Shown: positions 35,887 to 41,005 of the stretch, in pieces | Layout: every line of letters starts with the position of its first letter | Numbering within the stretch: position 1 is the stretch's first letter | Source: Candidatus Omnitrophota bacterium | Lineage (GTDB): Bacteria > Omnitrophota > Gorgyraeia > Gygaellales > Profunditerraquicolaceae | Direction: 5' to 3' | DNA: 41,005 bases | Assembly: GCA_016212045.1 (NCBI GenBank) | Contig: JACRHO010000114.1 | Location: 1 to 41,005, forward strand | Translations under genes and position numbers: made by a program | Notes under the pieces: model-generated | Told to the model about the DNA's origin: nothing | Seen by the model: only the letters and a program-made list of their open reading frames with translations | The model's database searches: none

Positions 35887-36878
35887 AGGCTATTTATTTT
35901 TCTATCCTTATCGATAAAAACATTGTACCTTTTATAGGTTATGTCCTTATGCTGCAAATACCAATCCATGGTCTCCTTAATTCCTTCTTCGATAGATATG
36001 CTTGGCCTAAAACCCAAAGATTCGGCTCTGGATACATCCATCAGCCTCTTTCTGTCGCCCGAGGGCTTAGATATATCCCAAACTATCTTTGGTTTAACCT
36101 TCATATTGCCTACGATAATTTCAACAATATCCTTAATACTTACTTCCTTACCGCTGCCAAGGTTAACAGGCAGCGAAGGCATCTTTTCTAAAATTAAAAA
36201 CATACCTCTGGCCACATCTCTGGCGTGAATAAAGTCCCTGATCTGCGAGCCATCGCCCCAGACTACCAGAGGGTTTTCCCCGTCTAAGGCGCGCTTAATC
36301 AAGGAGGGTATAACCATGGCATTCTGCGGGTCAAAATTGTCATACGGCCCATAGACATTAGCAGGCCGGACAATAGCGATATCATTCCAGCCATATTCAA
36401 TCTTATATGCCTCTGCCTGAAGTTCTCCCATACGCTTGGCCCAACCGGCAAACCTGTCATTTTGCGAAGGAAATGTGCTCCAGACATCATCCTCATGAAA
36501 AATTTCGGCTGGTGAATAAACTCCGATGCTGCTAGTATAAAGATACTTCTTGGCCTTGGATAGGCGCGCTGCCTCCATCATATTGGTGTTGAACATAATT
36601 GTTGGCACAAAAAAACTGGCCGGCTTTTTTGCGGTCATCGCCGGAGAACCTTTAATGCCGGCAAGCTGAAAGACGTAATCCATCCCCTCGCATGCCTTAA
36701 GGCAATTCTCTAAATGAGACAAATCCAGACGCATAAATTCTGCCTGCGGGTGGGCGCGGGAAGGGTCATCCAAGGAAGCAATCCTTACTCTTGAGCCCTC
36801 TTTTAATAATATTTCAACCAAGGGCATTCCTATCAGACCTGTCCCGCCGGTTACGAGAATTTTTTTAGCTTTATACAT
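35883..36878 (-). CDS. Extended SDR NAD-dependent epimerase/dehydratase family protein, paralog of 34924..35886, with a non-canonical active-site motif
   Basis: Motifs: VTGGTGLIG, YTSSIGVY, RPANVYGPYD, VWGDGSQIRDFIH. The expected YxxxK position reads AGWAK (36435..36452 covers FAGWAK). Confidence 0.75.
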   Translation of the reverse strand: MYKAKKILVTGGTGLIGMPLVEILLKEGSRVRIASLDDPSRAHPQAEFMRLDLSHLENCLKACEGMDYVFQLAGIKGSPAMTAKKPASFFVPTIMFNTNMMEAARLSKAKKYLYTSSIGVYSPAEIFHEDDVWSTFPSQNDRFAGWAKRMGELQAEAYKIEYGWNDIAIVRPANVYGPYDNFDPQNAMVIPSLIKRALDGENPLVVWGDGSQIRDFIHARDVARGMFLILEKMPSLPVNLGSGKEVSIKDIVEIIVGNMKVKPKIVWDISKPSGDRKRLMDVSRAESLGFRPSISIEEGIKETMDWYLQHKDITYKRYNVFIDKDRKINSL

Positions 36879-36879
36879 T

Positions 36880-37872
36880 TTATTTGATTACCGTTGATAC
36901 CTTCCAGGGGCAGCGCGACAGCATATCCCTCCAATAATCCAGCAGATCTTTAAGCGTCTTCTCTAGCGGTATCTGCGGTTCCCAGCCGGTTTCATTCTTA
37001 AATTTATCTATACACGGTATCTGTAAGGTTACATCCGAAGGCCTAATCAGGCGGGGGTCAACCTTGATTTTAAATTTTTTCTTAGAAAAAGAAAGCATTA
37101 TATCTAAGGCTTCTTTTATCGTCATAGTGCGTATCCCTCCGATATTATAAACTTCGCCGGCCCTACATTTATTTATCATTATCCAGTAAGCCCTAACCGC
37201 ATCGCGCACATCGCAAAAAGTGCGCACGGATTTCAAATTACCCACATATATTACAGGTTCTTGCAAGCCCAACTCACCAGCGGCAGCCTGTTTAGCAAAA
37301 AACGACATCGCGAAAATATCTCCGCGCTTTGGGCCGGTATGCGTGAACATCCGGGTACGTATAGTCCTTATTTTATAAGACAACCAATATTGCAAAGCAA
37401 GCATGTCTTCGGCAACTTTACTGACTGCATAGGGAGACGCGGGCTTAAAAGAACATGTTTCTTTTATAGGTATATCTGCCTCACTTACCTGGCCGTAAAC
37501 TTCAGAGGATGAGCAAATGTGGACAATAGGATCAATTCCCGTAATTCTGACTGCCTCAAGGAGGTTAGCTGTTCCCAGTACATTTGTCGATAAAGTCTGT
37601 AAGGGAGAATTGAAACTCGTCAAGACATAACTCTGGGCAGCCAGATGGAAGATAACTTCTGGTTTTATCGCTTCAATATGCCGGATTAAAGAACTTAAAT
37701 CCAAAAGGTCTCCTTCCACCAAAGTTATTTTATTGTATATTTTACTTAAGTTGTCTCTCGGGCTCCTCCATCTGCATATTCCAAAAATTTCATGCTTTTC
37801 TTTAAGATTCACTATATATTCTGCTAAGTGGCTTCCGACAAAACCTGTTATGCCGGTAATTAAAATTTTCAT
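36880..37872 (-). CDS. gmd: GDP-mannose 4,6-dehydratase family SDR (short Gmd / Rmd / heptose DmhA-like)
   Basis: Motifs: ITGITGFVGSHLAEY, CRWRSPR, FHLAAQSYV, GTANLLEA, CSSSEVYG, SPYAVSK, THTGPKRG, VGNLKSVRTFCDVRD, EVYNIGG. The dehydratase versus 4-reductase (Rmd) assignment is not certain. Confidence 0.7.
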   Translation of the reverse strand: MKILITGITGFVGSHLAEYIVNLKEKHEIFGICRWRSPRDNLSKIYNKITLVEGDLLDLSSLIRHIEAIKPEVIFHLAAQSYVLTSFNSPLQTLSTNVLGTANLLEAVRITGIDPIVHICSSSEVYGQVSEADIPIKETCSFKPASPYAVSKVAEDMLALQYWLSYKIRTIRTRMFTHTGPKRGDIFAMSFFAKQAAAGELGLQEPVIYVGNLKSVRTFCDVRDAVRAYWIMINKCRAGEVYNIGGIRTMTIKEALDIMLSFSKKKFKIKVDPRLIRPSDVTLQIPCIDKFKNETGWEPQIPLEKTLKDLLDYWRDMLSRCPWKVSTVIK

Positions 37873-37899
37873 TAAGAAAACCCCCTCTTATTGTCTCAG

Positions 37900-38943
37900 C
37901 TAAAATGGGCCCTTAAACTCAACCTCTTCTATTTTTAATTTTGTATTCGGCCGCCAATGTTTTTTGCCCGGACGGCAAATCTGATACGCTTTCATGGCTA
38001 TGCTTTGAGCATTTGGATAAAAATACTTTTCTAGCGCGGGCGTAGTAGGACAAGTAGTATGGGCAAAGCCCATGCGCTGGGCAACGAATCCTTTTAGCTT
38101 ACTCTCAACCAGCAGCCGACTGATTATCTCTGCGCCTAGACCACAGGGAACCCAGGCATTATCTACGATAATCAACCTACCTGTTTTCTTGACTGATCTG
38201 GCAATTGTATCTATGTCCAAGGGGGCCAAACTTACAGGATCGATTACCTCTGCTCTTATGCCTGTTTCCTTGAATAAATAAATACTAGCCCTTAGACATT
38301 CAATCGCCATTTGAGAAATTCCTACCAAGGTAATATCTCGCCCCTTGGAAAGAATGCGGGCCTTACCAAAAGCCGTGGTATAGGGCTTAGCAGGGACATA
38401 ACTTTTCTGATAATACAAAAGTCTATGTTCTATAAAGATAACCGGATCATTATCCCTGATGGCATTAATCAGGCATCCCTTGGCATCATAAGGCGTGGAA
38501 GGAGCAATAATCTTTAATCCGGGGATATTCATAAATAAAGGATATATACTCTGGGAATGTTGAGGCCCCTGCCCCCAACTTTTACCGATAATAGAACGGA
38601 TGACAATGGGCACGGATACGCTTCCTCCAAACATATAACGCATCTTAGCAACCATATTTACTAATTGATTCATCGCCAAAAGCATAAAATCCATCCGGAT
38701 ATGGATATGTATCGGCCGCAATCCAGCAAGGGCAGCACCTATTGCTACACCGGTCATCGCATCCTCTGAAAGAGGAGTATCAAAAACCCGCGTAGGCCCG
38801 AATTTAGCCGCCAGGCCCTTGGTTGTCCCCAGAATAGCCTTGGGATCATCTACGCCTTGGCCTAAAACAATTACTGAAGGATCAATTGACATCTCCTGAT
38901 CAGTTGCTTCCCTGACTGCCTCTGGATAAGTTAAAATCCGCAT
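37900..38943 (-). CDS. TPP-dependent 2-oxoacid dehydrogenase E1 component, beta subunit (transketolase-like pyrimidine-binding plus C-terminal domains)
   Basis: Motifs: YPEAVREA...DPSVIVLGQGV, RVFDTPLSEDAMTGVAIGAALAGLRPI, GPQHSQS, PVIFIEH. 347 aa, typical of E1-beta. Confidence 0.85.
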   Translation of the reverse strand: MRILTYPEAVREATDQEMSIDPSVIVLGQGVDDPKAILGTTKGLAAKFGPTRVFDTPLSEDAMTGVAIGAALAGLRPIHIHIRMDFMLLAMNQLVNMVAKMRYMFGGSVSVPIVIRSIIGKSWGQGPQHSQSIYPLFMNIPGLKIIAPSTPYDAKGCLINAIRDNDPVIFIEHRLLYYQKSYVPAKPYTTAFGKARILSKGRDITLVGISQMAIECLRASIYLFKETGIRAEVIDPVSLAPLDIDTIARSVKKTGRLIIVDNAWVPCGLGAEIISRLLVESKLKGFVAQRMGFAHTTCPTTPALEKYFYPNAQSIAMKAYQICRPGKKHWRPNTKLKIEEVEFKGPF

Positions 38944-39926
38944 TATAATGATTTTGCAAAAACGTCCTGATAAATTTTCTCTTTTGAGGGAAAAGGGCTT
39001 TTCTCGGCAAAGGAGAATGCCTCTTCTATCTCTACCTGAACCTTGGACTCTATTCTTTCCCTAGTCGCTGTACTTAAAAGTAAGCCTATTTCTTTTAATG
39101 GATCATTCTTTTTCCAACAAGAAACCTCATCTTCGCTGCGGTATCCTAAGTCAAAATCGTCATTAGGCCCAACGTGTTCTTTCCAGCGACAGGTAAGACA
39201 CTCTAAAAATGCAGGCCCCTTGCCCTGTCTTATCTTGGCAATATATTTATTAGCGGCTCTATAAATTTTAAATATATCGCCATCTCCTATCCTTTCCGAC
39301 GGCATCCCGTACGTCCTGGCGCGTATAAAGATGTTGTCGGAGTGATGGCGTTTTAAATGGTGCGAATGAATCGCGTAGGTATTATTTTCGCAGATAAATA
39401 ATATCGGTAATTTCTTAAGGGCGGCAAAGTTAAGGCTTTCGTGAAAAGCACCTTCGTCAACTGCGCCATCCCCAAAAAAAGCCGCTACCAAAGAATTGGA
39501 TTTTCTGTATCTTAGAGCATAGGCGTAACCGGTGGCCACGGGAATCATTGTACCTACGATTGCCGATGCTCCCATTATCCCGTGATTAGTATCAATAAGG
39601 TGCATCGAGCCACCTTTGCCTTTGGCACAACCTGTAACCTTGCCATAAAGTTCGGCGATCATCTTTTTCAAATCGCCTCCTTTGGCAAGATACATCGCAT
39701 GGCCCCGGTAAGTCCCGAATACCTTATCCTTAAGTCTTAGCGCTTCGCAGATACCCACAGAAACAGCTTCTTGGCCTATAGATAAATGAACCGGGCTTTT
39801 AATCTTGTCTGTAGGATAAATTCGGGCTATTTCTTCTTCGACTTTACGAATCCTATAAAGCGACCTATAGAATCTTTCCGTAAGCCCTAAGTTAATTTTG
39901 GATATCTTACTCATTTGTCTTGCCAT
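38943..39926 (-). CDS. TPP-dependent 2-oxoacid dehydrogenase E1 component, alpha subunit
   Basis: Motifs: YRGHAMYLAKGG, AELYGKVTGCAKGKGGSMHL, and the TPP-binding motif GDGAVDEGAFHESLNFAALKKLPILFICENN at 39381..39473. A 1-nt overlap with the beta subunit gene. Confidence 0.85.
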   Translation of the reverse strand: MARQMSKISKINLGLTERFYRSLYRIRKVEEEIARIYPTDKIKSPVHLSIGQEAVSVGICEALRLKDKVFGTYRGHAMYLAKGGDLKKMIAELYGKVTGCAKGKGGSMHLIDTNHGIMGASAIVGTMIPVATGYAYALRYRKSNSLVAAFFGDGAVDEGAFHESLNFAALKKLPILFICENNTYAIHSHHLKRHHSDNIFIRARTYGMPSERIGDGDIFKIYRAANKYIAKIRQGKGPAFLECLTCRWKEHVGPNDDFDLGYRSEDEVSCWKKNDPLKEIGLLLSTATRERIESKVQVEIEEAFSFAEKSPFPSKEKIYQDVFAKSL

Positions 39927-40845
39927 GTTGTAAATACCATTGATAAGTTTGAATTATGCCTTCTTTTAACGGCATCTTCGCCTTCCATCCCAGGACCGTA
40001 ATCTTAGAGATATCCAAGAGTTTCCTGGGGATGCCGTCAGGATAAGAGGTATCAAAAAGGATATCCCCGTCATAACCAACTATATTTTTAATTATCAATG
40101 CTAATTCCTTTATAGTTATATCCTGCCCGGTGCCTATATTTATAGGCATAGAGCTATCGTAACTTAACATCAAAAATAAACTGGCATCTGCAATATCTTG
40201 TACATAAATAAATTCTCTACGCTGTTGCCCAGAACCCCAGATAGTTACGGCAGGATGTTTTTTTAGCTTTGCCTCTTGGAATTTCCTTATCAGGGCCGGA
40301 ATCACATGCGAATCCTTAGAATTGAAATTGTCTCCCGGGCCGTAAGCATTCGCGGGTATAGCCGAGATAAAATTCACTTTATATTCTTTATTGTAGGCCT
40401 GGCACATTTTTATCCCGGCAATCTTAGCGATGGCGTAAGATTCATTGGTCGGCTCCAGCGGAGCGGATAATAAGTATTCTTCTTTCATCGGCTGAAGGGC
40501 CTGGCGAGGGTAACTACAGGCACTGCCAAAAAATAACAACTTTTTTACTCCCGAGATATAAGCACTATGAATAACGTTATTCTGAATTTGGGTATTTTCG
40601 TAAATAAACTGCGCCGGTAAGGATATATTGGTCTCGATGCCGCCAACCCTTGCCGCAGCCAAAATGACATAATCGGGTTTCTCTTTTTTAAAAAAATCCT
40701 CTACTTTCTGCTGGCGTAATAAATCCAGTTCCTTGCGGGACCTGGTAAGCAGATTGAGGTACCCTAATTCTCTTAGCCTATCCGTAATGGCAGAGCCGAT
40801 TAACCCGCCGTGCCCGGCAATATATATTTTTGCGTTATTATCCAT
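39907..40845 (-). CDS. fcl: GDP-L-fucose synthase (GDP-4-keto-6-deoxy-D-mannose 3,5-epimerase/4-reductase; the ColC-type colitose synthase is homologous)
   Basis: Collinear with my memory of E. coli Fcl/WcaG: IAGHGGLIGSAI, LAAARVGGI, PAQFIYEN, LLFFGSACSYP, EPTNESYAIAKIAGIK, SHVIPALIRKF, VTIWGSGQQRREF, DGIPRKLLD, YQWY. Confidence 0.9.
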   Translation of the reverse strand: MDNNAKIYIAGHGGLIGSAITDRLRELGYLNLLTRSRKELDLLRQQKVEDFFKKEKPDYVILAAARVGGIETNISLPAQFIYENTQIQNNVIHSAYISGVKKLLFFGSACSYPRQALQPMKEEYLLSAPLEPTNESYAIAKIAGIKMCQAYNKEYKVNFISAIPANAYGPGDNFNSKDSHVIPALIRKFQEAKLKKHPAVTIWGSGQQRREFIYVQDIADASLFLMLSYDSSMPINIGTGQDITIKELALIIKNIVGYDGDILFDTSYPDGIPRKLLDISKITVLGWKAKMPLKEGIIQTYQWYLQHGKTNE

Positions 40846-40854
40846 AGGTATACG

Positions 40855-41005
40855 TCAATCCTTTGCTAACGTCCTGCAAATATGCTTATTGTTGTAGATT
40901 TCCTCGAATTGCTGCAATTCTTCTAAACCCAGCCAGAATTCCTTGATATTATAAGCACCTACACGCCACTTTTTTAAAACGAGCCTATTAATCAGTTGGG
41001 GCATA
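40855..41005 (-). CDS. Unidentified ORF at the right window edge (C-terminal fragment of a larger gene, or a 49-codon ORF)
   Basis: My translation of the minus strand from 41004 gives MPQLINRLVLKKWRVGAYNIKEFWLGLEELQQFEEIYNNKHICRTLAKD, with the stop at 40857..40855. It lies 9 nt upstream of fcl. No family recognised. The reading frame may continue beyond the window. Confidence 0.3.
   Translation of the reverse strand, partial: MPQLINRLVLKKWRVGAYNIKEFWLGLEELQQFEEIYNNKHICRTLAKD

Noticed and set aside
37900-39926. Reading the E1 alpha/beta pair as a housekeeping pyruvate or acetoin dehydrogenase complex.
   Set aside because: No E2 (lipoyl acyltransferase) or E3 gene adjoins it. It is translationally coupled on both sides to GDP-sugar enzymes. 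I cannot exclude this reading without phylogeny, so it is kept as the refutation test of the corresponding finding.
40855-41005. The 49-codon ORF at the right edge, considered as a stand-alone small protein or radical SAM substrate peptide.
   Set aside because: Its apparent ATG is 2 nt from the window edge, so the frame most likely continues upstream. There are no Cys/Gly-rich or leader-like features. Too little sequence is available to decide.
1-41005. Search for CRISPR repeats, tRNA or rRNA genes, IS elements or integrases, and long direct or inverted repeats marking a mobile island.
   Set aside because: Nothing of the kind was seen by eye. Coding density on one strand leaves no room for RNA genes or arrays. 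A computational repeat search and a tRNA scan were not possible here, so short or diverged repeats could have been missed.

Overview
The window is almost entirely coding, and every credible gene is on the minus strand. I count about 38 genes. Most are separated by under 30 nt or overlap by 1-25 nt, often as ATGA start/stop overlaps. The only gaps over 60 nt are at 11567..11654, 14322..14383 and 15134..15200. It reads as one very large AT-rich bacterial cell-surface glycan (O-antigen, capsule or S-layer-glycan type) biosynthesis operon that continues past both window edges. I saw no rRNA, tRNA, CRISPR array, transposase or integrase.

In transcription order (high to low coordinates) the content is:
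- A nucleotide-sugar block: GDP-L-fucose synthase, a TPP-dependent E1 alpha/beta pair, a GDP-mannose 4,6-dehydratase-like SDR, three further SDRs, a GHMP sugar kinase and a sugar-1-phosphate nucleotidyltransferase.
- A block of GT2, GT4 and GT-C-like glycosyltransferases and polytopic membrane proteins.
- Four DegT-fold PLP enzymes. One carries His in place of the Schiff-base Lys and so looks like a ColD/E1(RfbH)-type sugar 3-dehydratase.
- Two class I SAM methyltransferases.
- A fused WbpB-like oxidoreductase / WbpD-like N-acetyltransferase.
- A Wzx-type flippase.
- An Arn-like module (SDR, aminotransferase, acyltransferase, polyprenyl-phosphate-type GT2).
- A PP-loop N-acetyl-sugar amidotransferase translationally coupled to a nitrilase-superfamily hydrolase.

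The most unusual feature is four B12-binding-domain radical SAM enzymes, each with a clear CxxxCxxC cluster motif, embedded in the locus. Three of them directly abut DegT-fold genes. The fourth, together with one of those three, brackets a 636-aa GT-C-like membrane protein.

My candidate for an undescribed system is radical-SAM/cobalamin tailoring of amino, deoxy or branched sugars, combined with a TPP-dependent two-carbon branching pair and an unusual ammonia-delivery pair.

All functional calls come from motif recognition and remembered family signatures read by eye. No database search was run.
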